48,008 nt of DNA from an uncultured Acidiferrobacteraceae bacterium (GCA_913031305.1 CAJWEF010000001.1:1-48008), one strand, 5' to 3'. Shown: positions 22,800-32,859, counted from the stretch's first letter. Notes: generated by a model not told the origin, from the sequence alone. Numbers and translations: made by a program.

Positions 22800-22848
22800 A
22801 ATCTAAGGAGGAGGATATGAGAAAAGAATCGTGCAATGCACAAATTCT
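22765..22848 (-). ncRNA. Candidate ~85-nt trans-acting sRNA with anti-Shine-Dalgarno motif
   Basis: Own promoter and terminator, no minus-strand ORF; contains UCCUCCUCCUU and palindrome GUGCAUUGCAC; 5' end inferred from promoter spacing. Confidence 0.75.
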
Positions 22849-22854
22849 GAATAC

Positions 22855-22883
22855 ATAATACCCATGGCAATGAAACATGTCAA
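22855..22883 (-). promoter_or_regulatory. Near-consensus sigma70 promoter TTGACA-17-TATTAT
   Basis: Plus-strand tgtcaa 22878-83 and ataata 22855-60, 17-bp spacer. Confidence 0.8.
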
Positions 22884-23023
22884 CCTCAGATCACGAACTA
22901 CCACGTTTTTTCCATCGGTTCAGTTAAGAGCGGGATCATCGCCAGTACGGCTGGGAATCTTTTCAAGCAAAAATCACCGGCTTGGGCAAGAATCTGAGCT
23001 CAGACTTATTATCGGAGTTTCTA

Positions 23024-23638
23024 ATGGCCCTGTTGATTGCCCGTCATGGACAGACTGATTGGAACGTCGCACATCGTTGGCAGTCTCGAAGTGATATCCC
23101 ACTGAATACCCTGGGCTATCAGCAAGCCCAAAAACTCGGCGATTTATTGAAGGCTCGCGGATTCGCCCCGATTCAGATGTTTTCATCACCGCTTGAGCGG
23201 GCGCGCGAAACCGCGGCAATTCTCGGGCAAACGCTGGGGCTTAATGTCGCGGTTGAACCTGCCCTGGTTGAACTTGATCTGGGGGATTACGAAGGTCGTC
23301 TCGAATCAGAGATTCGGGCCGGTGACAACGACGCCTATGACGACTGGCGCCAAGGATGTTATCTGAAACCTCCGCCCGGTGGGGAGGGGATTCGTGATGT
23401 CGCTTGTCGGATCAAGGACTTTGCGGCTAACTTGGATGACACCGCCGGCGATATACTGCTGGTTGGTCACCAGGGGGTCAACATGGCAATCAAAGCCCAA
23501 CTGAGTAACTGCTTTACTCGGGAATGCCTGAATTCTTTTCGCCAGGACAACGATGAGATCGATCTGTGGGAATTGGATCCTGCGTGTTCCACTGGTCGAT
23601 TACGGATAGCATCTGATGAACCGTCTTCGCCAATTTGA
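23024..23638 (+). CDS. Histidine phosphatase (phosphoglycerate mutase-like) family protein
   Basis: ARHGQTDWN, SSPLERARETA, LVGHQG; ATG at 23024 preferred. Confidence 0.88.
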   Translation: MALLIARHGQTDWNVAHRWQSRSDIPLNTLGYQQAQKLGDLLKARGFAPIQMFSSPLERARETAAILGQTLGLNVAVEPALVELDLGDYEGRLESEIRAGDNDAYDDWRQGCYLKPPPGGEGIRDVACRIKDFAANLDDTAGDILLVGHQGVNMAIKAQLSNCFTRECLNSFRQDNDEIDLWELDPACSTGRLRIASDEPSSPI

Positions 23639-24257
23639 TCCAGCGGTAGCTTGCACTTACCTGGCCCAGCGCGATAAGGGTTTGGCTCGGATCATGGCTG
23701 GAGTTGGTGGCTTACAACTCGAGGTGCGTCGCAATCGGTCGGTCTTCGAGTATCTGTGTCGCTCAATCGTCTATCAGCAACTGAGCGGCAAAGCCGCATC
23801 TACCATCCACGGACGATTGCTGGACCTGTTCCCCAATCGGCGGGTCGCTCCGGGGCAGTTACTGGCTATGCCCGCCGAACATTTGCGCGCAGCAGGGCTT
23901 TCGCGGTCTAAATGTATCGCACTTTTAGACTTGGCTGACCGCGGCGCCGCTGGTGAGTTAGCGGATACTCGGGCTTTGCACACGATGAGTGATGAGTTGA
24001 TTATCGAGCGCCTGAGCGAGGTGCGTGGTGTGGGCGAATGGACGGTGCAGATGTTGCTGATTTTTTATCTGGGTCGCGCGGATGTGCTCCCAATCCGGGA
24101 CTTGGGCGTACTTAAGGGCTACCAGAAAATGCGCCGACTGGCGACATTGCCGAAACCCTCGCGATTGGCCCGGGCCGGTAGGCGTTGGCAGCCCTATCGA
24201 TCCGTTGCGACCTGGTATCTATGGCGGTGTTTGGATATCGAACTGCCAACGGCCTGA
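23616..24257 (+). CDS. DNA-3-methyladenine glycosylase II (AlkA-like, HhH-GPD)
   Basis: SIVYQQLSGKAA, VRGVGEWT, DVLP..DLGV, WQPYRSVA. Confidence 0.9.
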   Translation: MNRLRQFDPAVACTYLAQRDKGLARIMAGVGGLQLEVRRNRSVFEYLCRSIVYQQLSGKAASTIHGRLLDLFPNRRVAPGQLLAMPAEHLRAAGLSRSKCIALLDLADRGAAGELADTRALHTMSDELIIERLSEVRGVGEWTVQMLLIFYLGRADVLPIRDLGVLKGYQKMRRLATLPKPSRLARAGRRWQPYRSVATWYLWRCLDIELPTA

Positions 24258-25045
<788 letters not shown>

Positions 25046-25152
25046 TAACTTCCTATATGGCGGAATACTGAGTAGTGATACTACCAATCGCCGTTGATCT
25101 CATCCATACTTTTACAAAAGCAAATCGGGGCGCGATCCCCAGGAGGGAGGTG

Positions 25153-25746
25153 ATGGAGGTTGTAGATTTTACCCAAATGGCTGACGGGTCCCGCGAGGAG
25201 TATGAGTTTTTAGACAAAATGGAGCGAGAGTTCGTTGAAGGGTTGCCAGAGCGAATTTTTGGACATCTGCGGTCGCTGGACCAGTCGATTTCAGGGTATC
25301 GCGTCAGCCGATTAGTGCACTCGCTACAGTCGGCGACCCGGGCACACCGTGCCGGAGAGGCCGAAGAAATGGTTGTGGCGGCGCTGCTGCACGATATCGG
25401 TGATATGCTTGCCCCGCTGTCGCACAGCGAGATGGCGGCAGCCGTATTACGCCCGTTTGTCACAGAAAAAACCTACTGGATCATCAAGCATCACGGGATG
25501 TTCCAGATGTTTTATTACGCACACCATCGCGGTGGAGATCGTAATGTCCGTGACCGGTTTATGGATCATCCCTGGTATGTCGATACCGTGCGGTTTTGCG
25601 AGGAATATGATCAGAACTGCTTTGATCCGGAGTATCGCCATGAGCCATTGGAATTTTTCGAGCCCATGGTTCGCCGGCTGTTCCGCCATGACAACGCCAG
25701 TGGTGATGAGATTGCGGCGCGCCCAGATACGGAGCAGGCTGCCTGA
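25153..25746 (+). CDS. HD-domain metalloenzyme (PhnZ/MIOX-like ligand pattern), function unknown
   Basis: HSLQSAT, ALLHDIGD, SHSE, KHH, YDQ; strong AGGAGG RBS at 25141. Confidence 0.8.
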   Translation: MEVVDFTQMADGSREEYEFLDKMEREFVEGLPERIFGHLRSLDQSISGYRVSRLVHSLQSATRAHRAGEAEEMVVAALLHDIGDMLAPLSHSEMAAAVLRPFVTEKTYWIIKHHGMFQMFYYAHHRGGDRNVRDRFMDHPWYVDTVRFCEEYDQNCFDPEYRHEPLEFFEPMVRRLFRHDNASGDEIAARPDTEQAA

Positions 25747-25755
25747 CCGAGATTT

Positions 25756-26352
25756 TCAGTCGAGCATTTCTCGAGTCTCGTTCACACTGAATAAACGATA
25801 GGCCACCTGACCGGCGGTCTTGTGTTGTAGCTGGTGCCATCCAGATGGGATGACCAGTTTTTCCCGCGCGCCGCACTCTACGTAGATCTGGGCATTGGCG
25901 TTGAGTACGGCGCAGCGTTCAAGTCGGTTGAGGCAGCGGTCAACCAACCCTTCGCCATAGGGGGGGTCGACAAAGACAATGTCATAACGGGCGTTGCAAT
26001 GGCCCAGCCAATCCAGCACTTCCTCGCAGTGAACACTGACATTACTGGCATTAAGCATTGACAGGGTGTCGCTGAGTTGACGGCAGGTCACCCGATGCAT
26101 CTCGACCAGGTTGACTGAGGCGGCCCCGCGCGAGGCCGCCTCAATCCCCAATGCGCCACTGCCCGCAAAAAGGTCAAGGCATTGTGCGCCGACGACCACT
26201 GGGGCGAGCCAGTTGAACAGTGTTTCACGGACGCTGTCGGGGGTGGGTCGCAGATCCGCTGCGCCACGAAAGCGGATCAGGCGTTTTTTCCACTGGCCAC
26301 CGATAATGCGCAAGCGGCCATGCTGGTTAATTTGAGAACGTTTCACAATCAC
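25756..26352 (-). CDS. rsmD: 16S rRNA m2G966 methyltransferase
   Basis: LRIIGGQW, LRPTPD.VRETLFNWL, LDLFAGSGALG, DPPY. Confidence 0.95.
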   Translation of the reverse strand: MIVKRSQINQHGRLRIIGGQWKKRLIRFRGAADLRPTPDSVRETLFNWLAPVVVGAQCLDLFAGSGALGIEAASRGAASVNLVEMHRVTCRQLSDTLSMLNASNVSVHCEEVLDWLGHCNARYDIVFVDPPYGEGLVDRCLNRLERCAVLNANAQIYVECGAREKLVIPSGWHQLQHKTAGQVAYRLFSVNETREMLD

Positions 26353-26454
26353 AGAAGGATTTCAGGACGGTTTGACAACCGATGATAGGATATCTGCCGC
26401 TTTTGACCAAAGCCCAGCTTGGGTATGGTGCACCACTGATCACCGGCAGTAAAG

Positions 26455-27393
26455 ATGAAAACAGCTAACGCCAAGAAAGGGCTTTTCTCAAGACTCAGGA
26501 AAACCCGTGACGCACTCTCTGGGGGGTTGGCGGCATTAATGGGTTCTGGACAGGGAGTCTTTGACGACGCTGTATTCGAGGCGCTTGAAGATCAACTGAT
26601 CATGGCTGATCTGGGCGTGACGGCCAGCGGGGAGGCGGTGGCTGCTCTGCGCCGACATGCTGCGTCAAAAAGGATCGAAAGCCTTCCGGCATTGAAGAAC
26701 CTATTGAGTCATGAACTGGCAGCCATACTGGGCAAGGCGCAGCGTTCAATCGATATCCAATCGCAACCCGGGACGCCTTTCGTTATTCTCATGGTTGGCG
26801 TTAACGGGGTGGGCAAAACGACGACTGCGGCTAAGCTCGCTGCATTCTTCCAGCGATCAGAGCGATCGGTTATGTTGGCGGCGTGTGACACTTTTCGTGC
26901 TGCAGCGATAGAGCAACTGCAGACTTGGGGAGAACGGTTGGAGCTACCGGTTATTGCTCAGGCACATGGCGCTGATGCTGCGGCGGTGGCGCACGATGCG
27001 ATGAAGGCCGCCCAGGCTCGAAAGATCGATGTCCTTATTGTCGATTCTGCTGGAAGACAGCATGTCAACGTAGACCTGATGGCGCAGTTACAGAAGATCA
27101 AACGTGTGATACGCGCAGTAGACGTGGCCGCGCCACAAGAAACCCTACTGGTGGTTGATGGGGGTACAGGACAAAATGCCTTAGCCCAGGCGGCGGCGTT
27201 TGAAGATGCCGTGGAGTCGACCGGCGTATGTGTAACCAAACTCGATGGTACTGCCCGTGGCGGTATCGTCGTTGCCTTGGCTCGCCAGTGTGGGTTGACG
27301 ATCCCTTTTATCGGAGTCGGAGAAACCCTCGAAGACTTACAGCCCTTCGATGCTGACCGCTTTGCTAGAGCCCTGGTGGGCATTGATCCCTGA
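26455..27393 (+). CDS. ftsY: SRP receptor FtsY (short form without acidic A domain)
   Basis: GVNGVGKTTT, DTFRAAA, DSAGR, TKLDGTARGG. Confidence 0.95.
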   Translation: MKTANAKKGLFSRLRKTRDALSGGLAALMGSGQGVFDDAVFEALEDQLIMADLGVTASGEAVAALRRHAASKRIESLPALKNLLSHELAAILGKAQRSIDIQSQPGTPFVILMVGVNGVGKTTTAAKLAAFFQRSERSVMLAACDTFRAAAIEQLQTWGERLELPVIAQAHGADAAAVAHDAMKAAQARKIDVLIVDSAGRQHVNVDLMAQLQKIKRVIRAVDVAAPQETLLVVDGGTGQNALAQAAAFEDAVESTGVCVTKLDGTARGGIVVALARQCGLTIPFIGVGETLEDLQPFDADRFARALVGIDP

Positions 27394-27507
27394 CATGGGG
27401 CTGCCGACTACCAAAATGAATAACTTTGTTGCTACAGTGAGTATTGCAAAAATTAAATAAATAACTGAAAACATTGAATATTTAAAAATGTATATGTTAA
27501 GAAATCG

Positions 27508-27534
27508 TTAGCACTCAAGGCAATAGAGTGCTAA
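27508..27534. promoter_or_regulatory. Perfect CIRCE element (HrcA operator)
   Basis: TTAGCACTC-aaggcaata-GAGTGCTAA, exact consensus; overlaps extended -10 TGCTAAAAT. Confidence 0.93.
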
Positions 27535-27570
27535 AATATGCGTGTACCCTGAAAAAAGGATGACACGTTT

Positions 27571-28431
27571 ATGAGTCAGACCCTATCTATCGCAACCGAT
27601 CTTGGCCCTAGCCAGGGGCTAACGCGGTACCTGCACGAGGTGAACCAAGCTTCTATTCTTACCGCGGAAGAGGAGAAATCACTCGCCCAGCGTTACCATG
27701 ATGACGACGATCTCGAGGCTGCCCGGCAACTGGTATTTTCCCATTTGCGCTTTGTCGTCTCGATTGCCCGGGGTTTTTCCGGATATGGACTTCCTTTGGC
27801 TGATCTTATTCAGGAGGGCAATGTTGGACTGATGAAGGCCGTGAAAAGATTTGATCATCAGCGTGATGTCCGACTGGTATCTTTTGCAGTTCACTGGATA
27901 AAGGCCGAGATTTACGATTACGTCGTTCGCAACTGGCGAATGGTCAAAGTGGCTACCACCAAGGCCCAGCGCAAATTGTTTTTTAATCTGCGCAAAAATC
28001 GGGCGCGACTAGGCGTGATGAAAGAAGATGAAGTCGAGTCGATGGCGACAGCGCTTGATGTGAATCCGAAAATAGTGCGGGAGATGGAAACCCGCATGAG
28101 TGGTCATGACGTGGCCTTCGAGCCAGAAGCAAATGATGACGAGACGCCGCGTTTCTTGGCACCAGCAGAAGCCCTGGGGGATTCTTCGCGGGATCCTGGG
28201 GTACTGGTTTCCCAGGCAGACGAGCAGCGCTCTCGCCAGGCCCAGCTCAGTAAAGCGCTGGATAGTCTGGATGACCGCAGTCGCGATATTATCCAGGCGC
28301 GCTGGCTTGCTGAATTGGGAGGGAAGAGCACCCTCGGCGATTTGGGGGCAAAGTACGGGGTTTCAGCTGAACGGATTCGCCAGATTGAAAAGCGGGCAAT
28401 GGAACAAATGCGGGTGGCCGCAACGGTCTGA
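27571..28431 (+). CDS. rpoH: RNA polymerase sigma-32 factor
   Basis: DLIQEGNVGLMKAVKRFD, RpoH box QRKLFFNLR, SAERIRQIE. Confidence 0.96.
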   Translation: MSQTLSIATDLGPSQGLTRYLHEVNQASILTAEEEKSLAQRYHDDDDLEAARQLVFSHLRFVVSIARGFSGYGLPLADLIQEGNVGLMKAVKRFDHQRDVRLVSFAVHWIKAEIYDYVVRNWRMVKVATTKAQRKLFFNLRKNRARLGVMKEDEVESMATALDVNPKIVREMETRMSGHDVAFEPEANDDETPRFLAPAEALGDSSRDPGVLVSQADEQRSRQAQLSKALDSLDDRSRDIIQARWLAELGGKSTLGDLGAKYGVSAERIRQIEKRAMEQMRVAATV

Positions 28432-28473
28432 TGCTGTGAACCCCGATTCTGTGCGGGGCTTGTCGCCTGGCGC

Positions 28474-29376
28474 CTAGGCGAGCAAAAACTCAATCAGGGC
28501 TTTTTGTGCGTGCAGGCGGTTTTCTGCCTCGCCCCAAACAACACTTTGGGGCCCATCGATCACTTCAGCTGCAACTTCCTGGCCTCGGTAGGCCGGCAGG
28601 CAGTGCATGAATATTGCATCCGGAGCAGCACCAGCCATCATCTGGCTATCGACCTGAAACCCGTGGAATGCCTTGAGCCGCTCAGCTTTCTGGGTTTCCT
28701 GCCCCATGCCGGCCCAGGTGTCGGTGACCACGAGATCAGCACCGGCCACCGCTTCGCTTGGCTGGTTTGTTAACGTACAACGCCTGCCAGCGGCGGTAAC
28801 TAACTCAGGATGGGGGCGATACAAATCCGGTGCCCCGATATGCAGTGAGAACTGCATCATTGCGGCTGCGTTAATCCATGACTGGCAGACATTGCTGCTA
28901 CCATCGCCAACGAATGCAACCCGGGCATCACGCATTTCACCTCGGTGCTCATAAAAAGTCTGGATATCTGCAAGTAACTGGCAAGGATGGAAGGCATCCG
29001 ACAGGGCATTGATAACGGGTACTTGTGAGTGAGTTGCCATGGCTGTTACCCGATCGTGTGGCCCAGTGCGTAGGACAATGATATCTGCCATGCTGGAGAC
29101 GATTCGTGCGGTATCGCTGATTGATTCTCCTCGGCTCATCTGACTGTCGCCGGGGGACAGGAAAACGGACGAGCCGCCCAGCTGCGTACAGGCGACCTCA
29201 AATGAGATCCGGGTGCGGGTCGATGATTTTTCAAAAATCAACACCATGGTGCGAGAATCAAGCAGGGTCAGCCGTTGTCCGCCTCCTTGAGCACGTTTCA
29301 AGGTAATCGCCCGGCGAATAATATCCCCCAGTTCTGCGGGAGACAGATCGCGTAAGGTCAGGAAATGTCGCGTCAT
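28474..29376 (-). CDS. argF: Ornithine carbamoyltransferase
   Basis: EKSSTRTR, HPCQLLAD, MHCLP, EAENRLH; ATG 29376 (MTRHFLTL). Confidence 0.95.
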   Translation of the reverse strand: MTRHFLTLRDLSPAELGDIIRRAITLKRAQGGGQRLTLLDSRTMVLIFEKSSTRTRISFEVACTQLGGSSVFLSPGDSQMSRGESISDTARIVSSMADIIVLRTGPHDRVTAMATHSQVPVINALSDAFHPCQLLADIQTFYEHRGEMRDARVAFVGDGSSNVCQSWINAAAMMQFSLHIGAPDLYRPHPELVTAAGRRCTLTNQPSEAVAGADLVVTDTWAGMGQETQKAERLKAFHGFQVDSQMMAGAAPDAIFMHCLPAYRGQEVAAEVIDGPQSVVWGEAENRLHAQKALIEFLLA

Positions 29377-29406
29377 GTTGTCGATTTGCCGAAGGTGGCG
29401 TGTCAC

Positions 29407-29437
29407 AAAAAATAAAACGCCCACTTAAAGGGCGCTC
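29407..29437 (-). terminator. Terminator-like hairpin in the argF 5' leader
   Basis: Minus strand GAGCGCCC-UUUAAGU-GGGCGUUU followed by UAUUUUUU. Confidence 0.5.
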
Positions 29438-29446
29438 AAACGACAG

Positions 29447-29503
29447 ATTCTAGGGTTCGGCGATAGATTCTGCAACCGAGGCCTGTTTAGCCGCTGATAT
29501 AAT
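29447..29503. promoter_or_regulatory. Divergent promoters for argF and argG
   Basis: (-) TTGCAG 29475-70, 17 bp, TAGAAT 29452-47; (+) extended -10 TGaTATAAT 29495-29503. Confidence 0.6.
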
Positions 29504-29560
29504 GGGGGGCATTTCACCGCGTAGTCGGTGACTTGCCCCGCTCAGCAGACGGATCACATC

Positions 29561-30775
29561 GTGGAAAAAATTAACAAGGCAGTGCTTGCCTATTCTGGTG
29601 GACTGGATACTTCAATTATCCTTAAATGGTTGCAGGATCAGTATCATTGTGAGGTCGTGACCTTCACTGCCGACATCGGCCAGGGCGAGGAATTGGAGCC
29701 CGCTCGGGAGAAGGCCAGGAGTCTGGGTGTTAAGGAAATCTTCATTGAGGATTTGCGCGAGGAATTTGCCCGCGACTATATCTTTCCAATGTTCCGCGCT
29801 AATACCCTGTACGAAGGGGAGTACCTGCTGGGAACTGCAATTGCCCGCCCGCTGATTGCCCGCCACCTGGTTCGAATTGCCTCGGAAACCGGAGCCGACG
29901 CCATCGCCCATGGCGCGACCGGCAAGGGTAACGACCAGGTACGTTTCGAGTTAAACGCTTACGCACTTAATCCGGAGATTCGAGTGATCGCGCCGTGGCG
30001 GGAATGGGATCTGAACTCTCGCGAACGGTTGGTTGCGTACGCCCGCGAACATGCTATCCCGATCGAAACGCGCAAGGATGGCGGCGCTGATTATTCCATG
30101 GACGCCAATATGCTGCATATTTCGTACGAGGGTGGCGAGCTTGAGGATCCCTGGACTGCACCCGATGAATCCGTGTGGCGTTGGACTGTGTCACCACATG
30201 AGGCGCCGGATGAGCCTGAGACAGTTGAGTTAACCTTCGCAGCCGGAGACCCGGTAGCGATCGGTGGTGAAGCTCTCAGTCCCGGTCAGATGGTGATGGC
30301 GCTTAACCAGTTGGGCGCTCGGCATGGTATCGGGCGCGCAGACATCGTTGAGAACCGATACGTGGGCATGAAGAATCGGGGCTGTTACGAAACCCCCGGG
30401 GGAACCATATTACTCAAGGCGCATCGGGCGATCGAATCCATTACGCTGGATCGGGAGGTCGCCCACCTGAAGGACGAACTTATGCCGCGCTATGCAACGC
30501 TTATCTACAATGGTTATTGGTTTGCCCCGGAAAGAAAAATGTTGCAGCGAATGATCGATGAATCCCAGGTACGGGTTAACGGTGTGGTGCGGCTCGAACT
30601 GTACAAGGGCAGCGTAACGGTCTGTGGCCGGCGCTCGGATACGGATTCGCTGTTTGATGAGAGCGTAGTCACCTTTGAGGATGATCAGGGAGCGTATCAC
30701 CAGGGTGATGCCGATGGTTTTATCAAATTGAATGCACTCAGGCTGAGAATTGCCGGGAGGAAGGGTCGACTCTGA
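29561..30775 (+). CDS. argG: Argininosuccinate synthase
   Basis: [29 protein letters not shown]; GTG start at 29561 preferred. Confidence 0.96.
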   Translation: MEKINKAVLAYSGGLDTSIILKWLQDQYHCEVVTFTADIGQGEELEPAREKARSLGVKEIFIEDLREEFARDYIFPMFRANTLYEGEYLLGTAIARPLIARHLVRIASETGADAIAHGATGKGNDQVRFELNAYALNPEIRVIAPWREWDLNSRERLVAYAREHAIPIETRKDGGADYSMDANMLHISYEGGELEDPWTAPDESVWRWTVSPHEAPDEPETVELTFAAGDPVAIGGEALSPGQMVMALNQLGARHGIGRADIVENRYVGMKNRGCYETPGGTILLKAHRAIESITLDREVAHLKDELMPRYATLIYNGYWFAPERKMLQRMIDESQVRVNGVVRLELYKGSVTVCGRRSDTDSLFDESVVTFEDDQGAYHQGDADGFIKLNALRLRIAGRKGRL

Positions 30776-30795
30776 AACCGGAGGCATTGATGTAG

Positions 30796-31770
30796 ATGCT
30801 GGCTCTATCCGTGTCAGCTCCAGTCACCCAGGGCAAGTTGAAAGACTACCACCCAGAATCGCCACGTTTCCGGCTATCCTTTCTTGGACCCCGGTACTGG
30901 GGTACCTGGCTGTTGGCCGGCACCATCGGTTTGTGTCTGCTGTTGCCGCGGCCGTTGGTATTGGCGCTTGGCCGTCAGATCGGTAAAGCATTTTTTCATC
31001 GCAATCACAAACGTACGCGAATTGCACGTATCAACCTTCAGTGGTGTTTCCCTGATTGGGATGAGGCAGCTCGTGAGGCCGTGTTGCGTGAGCATCTGAC
31101 TCGCTATGGACAGGCCATCCTTGATCTTGGCCTGGTGTGGTGGGCGCCCCGGCGCCGGCTGGATCGTCTGTGTACGTTATCTGGCGAGGCCGAGTTACAC
31201 GCATTGCATCAGGCCGGTGAAAAAGTCCTGTTGATCATCCCGCACGTAGTTGGTATCGATATGGCCGGTGCGGTGCTGGCTAAAGTCGCCGCGGGAGCAT
31301 CAATGATGAAGGCACCGTCCAATCCGTTGTTGCATTGGCGGCTCTGGCATGGCCGCTCCCGTTTTGGCGCGCGAATCTTTATGCGCGATCAGGGACTAAG
31401 GCCCTTGGTTAAGGCTATTCGTGCGGGCTGGGTGGGTTACTTTATGCCTGATGAAGATCTGGGCAGTCAACAGTCGGTATTCGCGCCATTTTTTGGCATC
31501 GCGACAGCTACGCTACCAGTGGTTGGTCGAATGGCAAAAATGACAGACGCCAAAGTCATCCCGGTATTCTGCCGACTCGACGATAGTGGCCAGTATCATG
31601 TCACACTAGGTTCGCCACTGGCGGATTTCCCCAAGGGTGATGCGTTAACCGATGCCACCGTGGTGAATGCGGCATTTGAGGCTGGTATCCGCCAGGCACC
31701 TGAACAGTATTTGTGGACCCTGCGCTGGTTCCGGACCCGGCCCAGCGGTGAAAGCTCTCCTTATGATTGA
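30796..31770 (+). CDS. Lipid A late acyltransferase (LpxL/LpxM family)
   Basis: PRYWGTW, H-x4-D (HVVGID), PDEDLG, APFFG, PEQYLW..RWF.TRP. Confidence 0.88.
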   Translation: MLALSVSAPVTQGKLKDYHPESPRFRLSFLGPRYWGTWLLAGTIGLCLLLPRPLVLALGRQIGKAFFHRNHKRTRIARINLQWCFPDWDEAAREAVLREHLTRYGQAILDLGLVWWAPRRRLDRLCTLSGEAELHALHQAGEKVLLIIPHVVGIDMAGAVLAKVAAGASMMKAPSNPLLHWRLWHGRSRFGARIFMRDQGLRPLVKAIRAGWVGYFMPDEDLGSQQSVFAPFFGIATATLPVVGRMAKMTDAKVIPVFCRLDDSGQYHVTLGSPLADFPKGDALTDATVVNAAFEAGIRQAPEQYLWTLRWFRTRPSGESSPYD

Positions 31771-31824
31771 TGCCGCGTTTATCTACTGCCAGCGATCTAG
31801 CGTTGCTCGTGGTAGGTCGCCTAA

Positions 31825-32832
31825 ATGAATATCCTGCTGATTAAGCAGACATCGCTTGGCGATGTGGTTCACGCTACTGCGCCGCTCCACTCGGTTCGCC
31901 TGGCATACCCAGAAGCTTCAATTACAGTGCTGACGTCGACTACGGCCGCAGATGTTTTCCGTGGTAATCCAGATGTTGATCGTTTACTGACCTTTGACCG
32001 CTACCGGGTAAAGTTTGATTGGTGGCGACGACCATTGTGGACCGCGAAGCATTTCCTAAACACCTTTGGTGCGGTCCGCGAACACAATTACGACATCGCC
32101 CTGGATCTGCAGGGGAGTTGGAAAACGGTTATTTTTCTATGGGCAGCTCGTGCTCGCCGGCGCTATGTTAAAGGCCGCTGGTGGTTTGCCCAGCGGTTCC
32201 ATCGACCCCAGTTGCATGCGATAGCCGAAATGGACGGGGTGTTGCGTCTTTGCGGCATTGAGCCTCGCCAGCACAACCCAGTGCTGCACGCTTTGGCAAC
32301 GGATAATCAGGCGATTGATGAACGCTTGGAGCGTCTTGGCGTTCGTGGTCGGCGCATTGCAGTCTTTTGTCCGCTCACTCGCTGGCCGACCAAGAATTGG
32401 CCATTGTCGGAATTTGTCGATCTGGTTAAAAAACTTCCCGAAGATTTTTTTGTGATCTTCACTGGCACCGCTTCAGAGCAGGCACTTATCAGTGAGGCGA
32501 TGACAAGATTGGCGCCGACGCGTGCCGCCAGTTTTGCTGGCTGCCTATCGCTGCCTGAGTATTTCGCGTTGGTGAGTATTGCCCAGTTGGTGGTTACCGG
32601 GGATAGCCTGCCAATGCACGTAGCATCAGCCTACAATCGCCCTCTGGTCGCGCTCTTTGGTCCCACCGATGAATCCCGAGTAGCCCCGCGGAGTGAAGCT
32701 TCGGTGGTTGTTCGCGCTGACACTGATTGTCACCGCTGTTACCGGCGTTCTTATTGTCCACGTAGCTGTATTGCCCGGATCACCATCGCCCAGGTAGGTC
32801 AGGCAATAGACGAGGTTCTGGGCGCACATTGA
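31825..32832 (+). CDS. Glycosyltransferase family 9 (LPS heptosyltransferase-like)
   Basis: SLGDVVH, DLQG, TKNWP, DSLPMHVA, LFGPT. Confidence 0.88.
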   Translation: MNILLIKQTSLGDVVHATAPLHSVRLAYPEASITVLTSTTAADVFRGNPDVDRLLTFDRYRVKFDWWRRPLWTAKHFLNTFGAVREHNYDIALDLQGSWKTVIFLWAARARRRYVKGRWWFAQRFHRPQLHAIAEMDGVLRLCGIEPRQHNPVLHALATDNQAIDERLERLGVRGRRIAVFCPLTRWPTKNWPLSEFVDLVKKLPEDFFVIFTGTASEQALISEAMTRLAPTRAASFAGCLSLPEYFALVSIAQLVVTGDSLPMHVASAYNRPLVALFGPTDESRVAPRSEASVVVRADTDCHRCYRRSYCPRSCIARITIAQVGQAIDEVLGAH

Positions 32833-32859
32833 TGGCGTCTCAGCCATGGGCGCCTTAAC

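Noticed and set aside
22805-22858. Plus-strand AAGGAGGAGG followed by a 13-codon ORF (MRKESCNAQILNT)
   Set aside because: Promoter and terminator both point to the minus strand, so the apparent RBS is better explained as the complement of the sRNA anti-SD seed; a type I toxin-like peptide is unlikely because the peptide is not hydrophobic, although it is not formally excluded
22831-23058. 75-aa ORF in the track
   Set aside because: Overlaps the sRNA promoter and the phosphatase start; no recognisable motif
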